The position numbers and the translations under genes are program-made. From Heptranchias perlo (lineage: Eukaryota), in NCBI RefSeq assembly GCF_035084215.1, contig NC_090348.1, positions 26,288,001 to 26,352,000 of the forward strand: a DNA stretch of 64,000 bases. Reading direction: 5' to 3'. The notes below the pieces were generated by a model. That model was not told where the DNA came from, did not search any database, and worked only from the letters and a program-made list of their open reading frames with translations. This document shows positions 10,101 through 22,100 of the stretch, piece after piece; within the stretch, counting starts at the first letter, position 1, and each line of letters starts with the position of its first letter.

Positions 10101-13100
10101 AGTGCCGCTTGATAGCACTGTCGACGACACCTTCCATCACTTTGCTGATGATTGAGAGTAGACTGATGGGGCGGTAATTGGCCGGATTGGATTTGTCCTG
10201 CTTTTTGTGGACAGGACATACCTGGGCAATTTTCCACATTGTCGGGTGGATGCCAGTGTTGTAGCTGTACTGGAACAGCTTGGCTAGAGGCGCAGCTCGT
10301 TCTGGAGCACAAGTCTTCAGCACTACAGCTGGGATGTTGTCGGGGCCCATAGCCTTTGCTGTATCCAGTTCACTCAGCCGTTTCTTGATATCTCGTGGAG
10401 TGAATCGAATTGGCCGAAGACTGGCTTCCGTGATGGTGGGGATATCGGGAGGAGGCTGAGATGGATTATCCACTCGGCACTTCTGGCTGAAGATGGTTGC
10501 AAACGCTTCAGCCTTGTCTTTTGCACTCACGTGCTGGACTCCGCCATCATTGAGGATGGGGATGTTTGCAGAGCCTCCTCCTCCCGTCAGTTGTTTAATT
10601 GTCCACCACCATTCACGACTGGATGTGGCAGGACTGCAGAGCTTTGATCTGATCCGTTGGTTGTGGAATCGCTTAGCTCTGTCTATAGCATGTTGCTTCC
10701 GCTGTTTAGCATGCATGTAGTCCTGAGTTGTAGCTTCACCAGGTTGGCACCTCATTTTTAGGTACGCCTGGTGCTGCTCCTGGCATGCTCTTCTGCACTA
10801 CTCATTGAACCAGGGTTGATCCCCTGGCTTGTTGGTAATGGTAGAGTGAGGAATATGCCAGGCCATGAGGTTACAGATTGTGCTGGAATACAATTCTGCT
10901 GCTGCTGATGGCCCACAGCACCTCATGGATGCCCAGTTTTGAGCTGCTAGATCTGTTCTGAATCTATCCCATTTAGCACGGTGGTAGTGCCACACAACAC
11001 GTTGGATGGTGTCCTCAGTGCGAAGACGGGATTTCATCTCCACGAGGACTGTGCGGTGGTCACTCCTACCAATACTGTCATGGACAGATGCATTTGCGAC
11101 AGGTAGATTGGTGAGGACGAGGTCAAGTAAGTTTTTCCCTCGTGTTGGTTCGCTCACCACCTGCCGCAGGCCCAGTCTAGCAGCTCTGTCCTTCAGGACT
11201 CGGCCAGCTCGGTCAGTAGTGGTGCTACCGAGCCACTCTTGGTGATGGACATTGAAGTCCCCCACCCAGAGTACATTTTGTGCCCTTGCTACCCTCAGTG
11301 CTTCCTCCAAGTGGTGTTCAACATGGAGGAGGACTGATTCATCAGCTGAGGGAGGACGGTAGGTGGTAATCAGCAGGAGGTTTCCTTGCCCATGTTTGAC
11401 CTGATGCCATGAGATTTCATGGGGTCCAGAGTCAATGTTGAGGACTCCCAGGGCCACTCCCTCCTGACTGTATATCACTGTACCGCCACCTCTGGTGGGT
11501 CTGTCCTGCCGGTGGGACAGGACATACCCAGGGATGGTGATGGAAGAGTCTGGGACGTTGGCTGAAAGATATGATTCTGTGAGTATGGCTATGTCAGGCT
11601 GTTGCTTGACTAGTCTGTGGGACAGCTCTCCCAGATGTTAGTAAGGAGGACCTTGCAGGGTCGACTGGGCTTGGTGTTTTGCCGTGGTCGTGTCCGGTGC
11701 CTAGTGGTCCGATGCCGGGTGGTCCGTCCGGTTTTATTCTTATTATGACTTTTCGTAGCGAGATTTTACAACTGAGTGGCTTGCTGGGCCATTTCAGAGG
11801 GCAATTAAGAATCAACCACATTGCTGTGGGTCTGGAGTCACATATAGGCCAGACCGGGTAAGGGCGGCAGGCTTCCTTCCCTAAAGGACATTAGTGAACC
11901 AGATGGGTTTTTACGACAATCCGGTAATTTCATGGCTATCATTACTGATACTAGTATTTTAATTCCAGATTTTATTTTAATTAATTGAATTTTTTAATTA
12001 ATTAATTGAATTTAAATTCGCCAGCTGCCGTGGCGGGATTTGAACTCATGACTCTGGATTTTAGTCCAGGCCTCTGGATTACTAGCCCAGTAACATAACC
12101 ACTATGCTACCGTACCCGGTGTCAGATTGAACTAAGAGACTCACAACATGGTCGCAACTGAGTTATAGGCATAGTGGTTATGTTCAAGTTTTGTATTTCA
12201 TGTATCTTTCTGCTTTTGTCAGTTCCTCGCTTGATGCACTCTTTAAATATCTGAGTGCTATTGTTCCTTGGCTTTGATCTAACTTTTCATTCTGATCTCT
12301 TTTTTTTAACTTTTGAATTACTGAATGTTGATTTAATAGTTAATTCAGTGTACGCAAGAATGATTCCAGGCATGTAGATAGTTTGCAAAATGCAAGCGGC
12401 AAAATACTTCCTGTCAAATGTAGTCTTTTATGTAGGACAACATATAGGAGGAGAGCTTGAGTGCTCTTATTTTAGTAAGTGGGTTGTCATTTGATATTGA
12501 AGTGCATAACCTGTTACATGACAGAAAATGTGTATATATTATAAAATTTAGACACCCTTGGGAATGGTACCAGCATAGGCAGAGATAAAAGCAAACATTG
12601 CACTAAGTTTTGGGGAATGAGTTGGTGCCTCAGTAAATGTCTTGTGACAATGTGTAATTTGGATCTTCTAACCATTTCCAATAAATTTGAGTTCAACAAA
12701 TACTAATTTGCTCCTATAATATGTGACCAGTTTTGAAGCTGTGGAGTATGCCCAACCAGAGGCAAACAGCCTGTTTCCACAGTTCTGCCAATGCCACTTG
12801 GCATTGTTCCTAGGACATGTCTGCCTTGCCTTGTCAACCCAGTCAAGATCAGAAACTCAAACCCATATCCTCCCATTCTGATGCAGGCCATTGGGCACCT
12901 AACAATTTTTAATTAGTTAAACTGATGTTTGAGCTAGATCCCATTAAAGTGTTTTCTTTCTTTAGCCTGGATTACATAGAAGCTGTGAAATCTACTGCCT
13001 CTATGAACATTGAAGAGTTGAAGACCTTTTCATACAATTATAATGATGTATATTTTCACCCTGTAAGTAAATTTTGCACTTGCAACAAAAAAAAAATTCT

Positions 13101-16100
13101 TAATTGGTATCCAACAAAAATCATGTTTCTATTTCCTTTACTGTGTCAGCTTTCTTGAATCAGCAGCACTTTCATTTGTGTTGATCTTGGTGGGTTCAAG
13201 ACCCCATTCCAGGATTGGTCACATAATTTAGGCCATGTGTCTCTAACCTATGGCCTGCAGATTAGATCCAGCCTACAGAGTTCCAGTTTTTCTGTTGCTG
13301 AATTTTGGATGCTGTAGTTCTAGATTTTTAAGTACAGGGCTGATGGATTGAAAAACATTGCTTTCTGATAGATGGAAAAGAGATTGATTGGACACAACCA
13401 TATTTTCATTCGTGGAAACCTGAGTGGCTAATGAAGATAAAAACTTTGAATACTCCTGATCCAGGCTGATGCTTCAGTAGATCATTGAGGAATTGTTGCT
13501 TTATCAGAGGTGCTGTTTTTCAGATGAACTGTTAAACAGAAACCCAATCTGCCTGATCAGTTGTACGTAAAAGAACTAATGATGCTATTCATAGAGTAGG
13601 GAGTTTTCCTGGTCTTTGCCAATGTTCTAACCAAAAGACTACTAAAAATAGATTACCTAGTCATCTTATTTGTTGTTTGTGGGATCCTGCTGGAAGCAGA
13701 TATTGGCTGCAACGTTTGCCTATATAACAGTGATTCAAAAGTAATTCATTGGATGTGAAGTGTTTTGGGACATTCTGAGGATATAAGGGGCTTTATAAAT
13801 AAAAATGATTTCTTGCTGTACACCCTCAGTCTGTATTAAGTGAGAATTCTTGAAAATGGGAGTGTTCTGTTTGGGATGATCTATACAACATCAATCTGAT
13901 TACTTCACATTAATCATTTGATATATTTTATTTGTTTTACAAGTGTCATATGAATGCAGAGTTTGAACTAAACATTGAATTGTCAATGCAAAAAGTTTGT
14001 ATTAGTCAGAATTTAAAAAAAACATAAAACAGGAAGGTCCAGTATTTGATCTCTGGTCTGTGTGGTATCTAGCTAATCTCAATCAGGGTAGTGGCAGAGC
14101 TGCCACAATTGACTCAGCATCTCTGGGCGAAGGTGCATCACTTGGCTAAGGAACATATAAGTCATCTAAGGTCCCTGCTCGTGACTCTTATCCTGGGACC
14201 CTCTTCTAGAGAGTACTCATAAGTGAGAACAGAGTCACAGACATCCTTGCCCCCGCAATGTGGTCAGACAACATGTCACTGGGTCCACACATGAAGAATA
14301 ACTTGTACGAGGTGGTGGAGGGGTGGTTGGGACTGTACCCCAGCATGAGTCACTGCCTTTAGGACAGGAAAGAAGAAAATGTTGCTGTTATGTGAACCAT
14401 AGAACCAACCTTGGAAGTTTATAGTAGGAGGTCATTCAGCCCATCGTGACTGGTTTTTTACTAGAGCAATCCAAAGCTAATCTCACTGACACAATTAACC
14501 AGCATTTCAAACATGACTAAAAACCCAGGACAGTAATCCAAAAAGTAAATATAGACAAGCAAGTAAACATGAATTTTTTTTGTTGATTGCTAGAAAATAT
14601 TTTGAGATTTTATTAACTAGAAAAACTGTTAAAGACAGCAGCTGAATTGATCACCTACAAAATTGCTTTGTACATTAATTGCTAACTAAGTTTTTCATCA
14701 TTTCAATTTTGTGCTGTGTTGTTTTGGCTTTCATACTAGTTTTAAAAAAGTCTAATTTTGTTTTAGAATTCTTATCTCTGTGCCAAAATGTCTCTGGGAG
14801 CAACTCTGCAACTTGTTGATGCAGTGATGTTGAGCAGAGTAAGAAATGGAATGGCATTGGTCAGGTACAAGATAATTTCATATTTATACATTTCATTGAT
14901 TTCATGCAGTGTACTTGTTTACATATATTAAGTGTTTTTTTATTCCTCTCCCCAGACCTCCAGGTCACCATAGCCAGAAGAGTGAAGCCTGTGGATTTTG
15001 TGTCTTTAATAACGTAGCAATAGCAGCCAACTATGCAAAAAAAACATACGGAACAAAGAGGTGGAGTTTTGTGGGTTTTTTTAAATTAGAAAGCTAAGTT
15101 TGTGTTAATAATAGTGAATATAGTTTGCATTGTTTTTCTCTTCCAGGATTCTGATAGTTGATTGGGATGTGCATCATGGCCAAGGAACTCAGTACACGTT
15201 TGAGGAGGATCCCAGGTTGGTTCAGTTATATTTGTGTTTTTAAAAAAACAGAACAGATATTAACGTTTGCTATCATCACATGAGAGATATCTATCTTGAA
15301 CCAGTGGTTTTGTTATAGTTCTTATCATAGAGAAGTGATCTAAATGTCCATATAAACTTGGCTCTCCCAATAGATCAGCTGCCAAAAAGCACTGAACAAT
15401 TTCAGTCCTTAGTCTCTTGAGTTAGTTGACTTCACCTGGGATGGCAATAGGCATGCTGCAATTTGTCTTGGAGTCCCAGGAGGATACAGAATTTTAATGT
15501 TTTTTTTATATATATAAAAGGTTGTGTATTTTAATGATTTTGGTCTCTCTTAGTATTCTGTACTTCTCATGGCACCGTTATGAACACCAGCAATTCTGGC
15601 CCAATTTAAAGGACTCTGATTACGATGTTGTTGGAAAAGGCAGAGGGACAGGATTCAACATAAATATCCCGTGGAACAAGGTGTTTTTTTAAGTAAAAGT
15701 TTAATTTTTGACCTTAAGTAACCATCTTGGTGTTTGGTATTTCGTAGAATCAACAGTGCAGAAGGGCGCCATTCGGTCTGTCATGCTTGTGCTGGTGCTA
15801 GCTTTTTAACTGGAGCTTTCTTCCTTATCCTCTGTCCCTGTATCCTTTTATATTAATTCCATTCTTACCTATCTAATCATAGCCAGAGCATCTTCAACAA
15901 TGGCTTCTTTTCCCACTGCACTGTTACTCAGGAATTTCCCAAGGATCTAAACTTGGCCCCCTCCTATTCCTCATCTACATGTTGTCCCTCGTCAACATCA
16001 TCTGAAGACATGGCGTTAGGTTTCAAATGTCCGCTGACGACACCCAGCTCTACCTCTCCACCACCTCACTCGACCTACCCCACTGCCTCTTGTCCAACAT

Positions 16101-19100
16101 CCACTCCTGGATGAGCCAAAGTTTCTTCCAGTTAAACATTGGGAAGACTAACACCATTGTATTTGGCCTCTGCCACAAACTCTGTACTCTTGCCATTGAT
16201 TCCATCCCCCTTTGCGACCGGTGTCTCAGGCTGAAACCGACTGTTCTCAAGCTCGGCGTCCTATTTGACTCCAAGCTGAGCTTTGGGACTCCAAATCCTC
16301 TCCATCACAAAGACTGCATACTTCTACCTCTGTAACATCACCCACCTCTGCCCCTGGCTTAGCCCATCTGTGGTCGAAACCCTTGTCTATGCCTTTGTCA
16401 CCTCCTGACCCGACTATTCCATTGCTCTCCCATCCTCCACCCTCCATAAACTTCAGCTCATCCATCCAAAACTCTGTAAGCCATATCCTAACCCACAGCA
16501 AGTCCCGCTCACCCATCATATCTGTGCTCGCTGTCCTACATTGGACCCTGTCCCCAAACGCCTGCAATTTTAAATTCTCATCCTGTGTTCAAATCCCTTC
16601 ATGGCCTAGCCCCTCCTTATCTCTAACGTCCTCCAGCCCTATAAACCTCCTCCAACTCTGCATTCCTCCAACTCCGGCCCCTAGTGCATCCCCCATTCCT
16701 TTCACCGCACCATTGCCGGCCGTGCCTTCAGACGTTGAGGCCCCAAGCTCTAAACCTCTCCACCTCTCTCTCCTCCTAGAATGACTTCTTTGACTAAGCT
16801 TTTAGTCACTGGTCCTAATACCTCCTCCTTTGACTCGGTGTCAATTTATGTCTGATTACACTTCTATGAATGCCTTGGAATATTTTTCTGTGTTAATTTG
16901 ATAACCATCAGCACACGTTGATACTGTTGCCCTTGACAATATAACCAAGACAGTGTCTATGCCAGCAGGGCTTAGAGCTGGTAATGGAGAATATCTTGAA
17001 GAATTGGTTCTTCAGCGTGAGTGAGCCATTAATCTGTATAATTTTGAAAAATTCTGCTCCTGTGGATTTGGTCATGGTAGAAGCATGACATTTGATCTGA
17101 TAAAATCATTTTCTATTCCCTATTCAGATTAAGTATCAATAAAAGCTTATCATTTGCAATTTAATTCTCTCCTACAATATTCAGTTTTTTAAAACCCAAC
17201 CGTAGCATTATCTCATTATTAGTTCCTGATTTACTTTGTCTTTTCCTTTTTTCCCCAACTGCCTTATGGACTTTGGATCTTTACATTCATTTCTCAATTT
17301 AAATAAAAGTAACTTTTTATTGTTCATTTATAACAGGTTGGAATGGGAAATGCTGACTATTTGGCAGCTTTCCTCTACGTTTTACTTCCTATGGCTTATG
17401 AGGTAATTTGTACATCTGACTATATTAATATGTCTATTTCATGGGACTTCTTTGTTTCTACATCTGTTATTAAATTACTTTGCTTATTGTTATTACAGTT
17501 TAATCCAGAATTGATTCTGGTTTCAGCTGGATTTGATTCTGCTATTGGAGATCCTGAGGTATGTTTTATTTTAAGTGAGACTACACACCCGCTATCATTA
17601 AATAGACATTATTGTTTATCTTCTAAATTTGATCAAGATAAAGCTTATATGTGGCCATAATGATGAATTTTGATTTTGTTTTACATTACTGACTACTTTA
17701 TAAATAAATCTAAATAACTTTAAGCCATTCATCTATTGGCCTTCCTTACTAGCACCTAGCAGTGTCTGTATGAAACACAGTTATCTGCATAAGTGGAGTC
17801 AGCTGTTTTGTTTCAAAAAAGTGTTGATACTTTGTAACTGGACTATGCTTAATACAGGAGTTTTAGCTAAAATTATTAAATAATAATATTTAATATGTGA
17901 ACAATTTATGAAGCAACATTCTAAGGTAACTTTATCACAGTAAAAATAAGGGTTTTTTCTAGAAAGTTTCTTTAAAACGTCCAAGTGTTCTGGCCATAAG
18001 GAAATCATTAGGGCAATTTGACAATTTTCTCTGTCACCTTATAGGGTGAAATGTGTGCTACGCCTGAGTGTTTTGCTCATCTGACTCAGTTACTGATGCC
18101 GTTGGCTAATGGGAAGCTCTGTGTTGTTTTAGAGGTATGTAACTACATTTTCTCCCAGACTACTCATTATTACTGAATATTTTATCAAATTGCTTTGACT
18201 GAGCAATGTGTATGAAAATTGACTGGTCTTGTTGTTTGCGTAGGTATTTTTTGACCTTTTTAGCGCTGGTATATACACATAAAATCATGCGTATGGGTTG
18301 CTAATTCATATTTAGATGACACAAAAATATTATGGTGTAATTTACTGATCATGCTTCACAGTGGATTTGAACTGTAGGTAGAGTGGTGCTGGAAGATTCT
18401 ATCTATTCTATCAAAAGTGCCTTAAAATTAATGGAGGGAGGAGTGGAGACTGTGCTGTTGAATGGCAGGATGTAGATTTGAGCTTGTGATGCACTACAGA
18501 GTTTCCTGTCTTTACTGTGCCATCATTTGGTAGCTGGTTTTAGAGCTTGTTTGGCGGCAGCATGGAGGCAGTTTCTGTGTCTGGCCCCTGGATTCTGTTG
18601 GACTTTTTTCTGTCATGATGATGGGTGATACTGACTTTATGACCAGCTCCATGCAAGTAGTTTCCTTCAGGAACTATAAATAGACTTCAGGAAAGCATAA
18701 ATGTGTATTAAGCTTTATGCCACATGTTTTTTTGCTTTTTTTCAGTTCTGTGGTATTGTAGCTCTTTAAGGTTTGTTCGTTTATCAGTGTGTGTCACCTT
18801 GATATTGGTAGCTTCTTGCCTTTGGGTTGTGGATTTAAGCCCCACACCAGAATTTAGCGCACAATCTATTTCAGTATAGTGCTGAGGGAGTGCTGCAATT
18901 TCTGAAGTGCTGCCTTTCAGATGAGATGTTAGCCCACGGTCCTATTTGCCTGTTTAGGTGGACGTTAAAGATAACTATAGCGCTTTTAAATTTCAAAACT
19001 GTGGCTGATGGCAAACACAAAGTCTTTCTGCTGTCAGCAGTTGGAAATATAAACTATATGACTTGTTTCAGCAGTAGCAGCAGACAACCCACTCTTGTGT

Positions 19101-22100
19101 ACCTTGCTGGCTGCTGTTGATTGCCCATCTCTGCTTTTGCCCAACGTCCATTGGGTGAGAGTATTGGGTAGAAATATAAATGGAGAGAGTGGTGCTGGAA
19201 GGCCAGTATAGTGGCATTCTATCAAAAATATCTCCTGGATTGTAAAAGTGCCTTAAAATTAATGGAGGGAGGAGTGGAGACTGCACTGTTGAATGACCAG
19301 ATGTAGATTTGAGCTTGTGGCGCACTACACAGAGTTTCCTGTCTTTAATGTGCCACCCTTTGGAGCTTGTTTGGCGGCAGCATGGAGCCAGTTTCTGCGC
19401 CTGGCCCCTGGATTGTGACTTATGTGGACAGATCAAAGCATTGGAAGGAGAAAGATAGGAGTTTCGTCCTCAGAACAACAACTAAAAGAGAGAAGGTCAC
19501 TGACACATTCAGTGTTCAGCTGATGAAAGTTACAGCTGAAAATAGCATTCATGCTTCCAAATTTATGAAAGACTAAAGCACAATGACATTACAAACCACA
19601 GTGATATGATTGGCAGATTGGGTATTTTTTGATGTTGCTAGCACTTTCTTTACTGGGAAATGCCAGTCTTGTTATTACAGAACATGACTGCCATTACATT
19701 TTGATTAGATTTTTAAAAAAGCACTTATTAAATGCAATAAAGTGCCGTGCATTTAAACTGTACAGAAACTGCACCCCCCCACTCCTTCCCATTTTTTTCA
19801 GTTCTCTGTGCTATGAAGCATTTCTGATTTGAGATAATGGGTAAAAGACCTGCTTGTTTGCATTTCAACAATGCTGCTCTATATAACCAGCCACAAGAAG
19901 GTACAAGGTGTTTGGCCTTTTTGCCACCATCTCTCCCAAAAATAGAGATCAAGAACTCAGCCTGCAAGGAACCAATGGAGTAAACCTATGTCCAGCAATT
20001 CTATGGCACATCACACTGCAACTCCTAAGATCATATTTTTGTCACGTGCAAAGTGTAGAACTATAGTATCTGATGTTAAGTCACACTTTTCTGCATATTT
20101 TTATGTCCTCTAAGTTGGGAATGAAAAGAATATGATATGTGCATTATAAAATTTGCTGTTATTTCATAATCTGGGTTTTATGGTGTTGTCTATGCATATT
20201 GTATTTTGAAATCTTGCTATCTTGGGACCCACCCTGAACAATCTTTGCTTTATCCATTATAAATTAAACTAAATACTGTACCTGAATAAATTTGTAGTGG
20301 AGATTTTTTTAACTATAAATAAAACTTTGTTAGAACAGGTATGACTAGTCATTCAAAATGATTTATATATATATATGTTTTCCTATTAACTATAATTGTA
20401 GGGTTTACTTGGATAATATAAAAGTGGCTTTTCAGTTGAGGCACATATCAGTTAAAAGGCTGCCTTCTGATCTTTGAGAGATTTTTTTTTCACACGTAGC
20501 CTTTCATACTTAGCCTGTCAAGTCCATACCTATCCTCCACTAGTCCTTATAACTTTAAGTAATTTGTTTTTAGGGAGGATACAATTTACGTTCCCTTTCG
20601 GAATCTGTCTGCATGACTGTCCGAGCATTACTCGGAGACCCTGTGCCTCCATTGGTTGGCCAAATGGTGCCATGCATAAGGTATTTAGTCAATAAATATC
20701 TTTTTCTGTTTCTTTCTATTTTTGTCACATTTCTGGTATCGTGTCCAATTTCCACAAATATTTGTGTGGACAGCAAAGAAAAATAAATGACTTGAAGTGA
20801 ATTGAATTATTGGCAACTTTTGCATTTAAGTTTTTAGTGATCATCTTACTTGGACAGCAGGTATTTGCACACTTGGTGCTATTTGGCTCTTGGCTATTAT
20901 GACTTGTACTACATAAATATTTTCCTATATTTTACAAGGATGGCCAATGCAAAAAAAGTAAAGTCTGACTTCAGTACCACACTGTATTCAAGAAGGTTTC
21001 AGTTCTTTGTCCTAAATGTTTTCTCCCATTTCCAGTTAAAAGTAAATTGCATTTTGGAACAATATTACGTCAGGGCAATGGAAAGCTGTTTTTGCACAAA
21101 GTGTAGAGTGTTAAATGAATAATTTGGAATTAATAACATTAAGAGTAAAGATTTTTCAATTGCCACATATGATTTTGGTGGAATTAATGAAACGAGATTG
21201 AATATGGTTCAAAATTTAATTAGCTTTCCCTATTCTCCCTCAATTAAGTTGAATTAGAACTTTATATCGGGTAATCCTAAACCTCCATTGAGGTCCATGG
21301 TAAATTTTTTGCACCCAGTTGAATCTATTATAGAGATTTTCTCTGATTCATTACAATGCTACTAATATTGCTGTATTTGAAATTGAAATTTATGGGGGGA
21401 AAGAAATCTAAATATCTGCCCATGTGTGTTCAGATTGGCTGGAATTCCTCACACATTCAATAACTCAGGAGACAGGGACACCTGCCAATGTTCTGTTCAG
21501 ATTACTACTATAGGGATGCTTTTAGAATGGTATCAACTCACAGGTGCCGACCACCAGGACTTCTGAATTCTTTAGTGATGATGGTAGTACTTAATGGGTT
21601 GTAATCTTCACTGTCATTTTTACATATTATAATCTAATTTTTCTTTAAATTGTAAAATCTAGATCAAAAGGCCAAAGCCCCATAGTGCAGGACACCACAA
21701 GGTTGAAAAGATTAGGAGAGAAGACAGGTTAAATCAAGTAGTCATGAGGAATGAGACCGACAACCAGCTCAGGACAATGGGCATCCCTTTAGGGTTTAGT
21801 AGTACCTGAGAGGTAGCTGTTAATATAGTTATAGTTACATAAGCTTCGGATCGAGAAGCCCAGCTATGATATGTTACTTAGTATTGTGATAGTGTATTGT
21901 GGTCACAGGACATTTATATTTTGTGTATCAAGCATTGAAGTGTACAGTAAAACATTTTTTTGTTTTGTCCCAACAGTGCCATAGAAACTATTCAGAATGT
22001 GAGAGCTGTACATCAACAGTACTGGAATTTTTTAAAGTATCATGGTAAAATTTTGTTCAACCTTGTATAAAATTCTTATGTGCAGTTTTTTTGTTAAAGG

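Noticed and set aside
12030-12117. tRNA gene
   Set aside because: A and B boxes are present but there is no clean cloverleaf, the arm is duplicated, no terminator follows, and it lies inside the retroelement TSD.
18615-18690. C/D box snoRNA starting at ATGATGA
   Set aside because: No well-placed terminal D box or closing stem.
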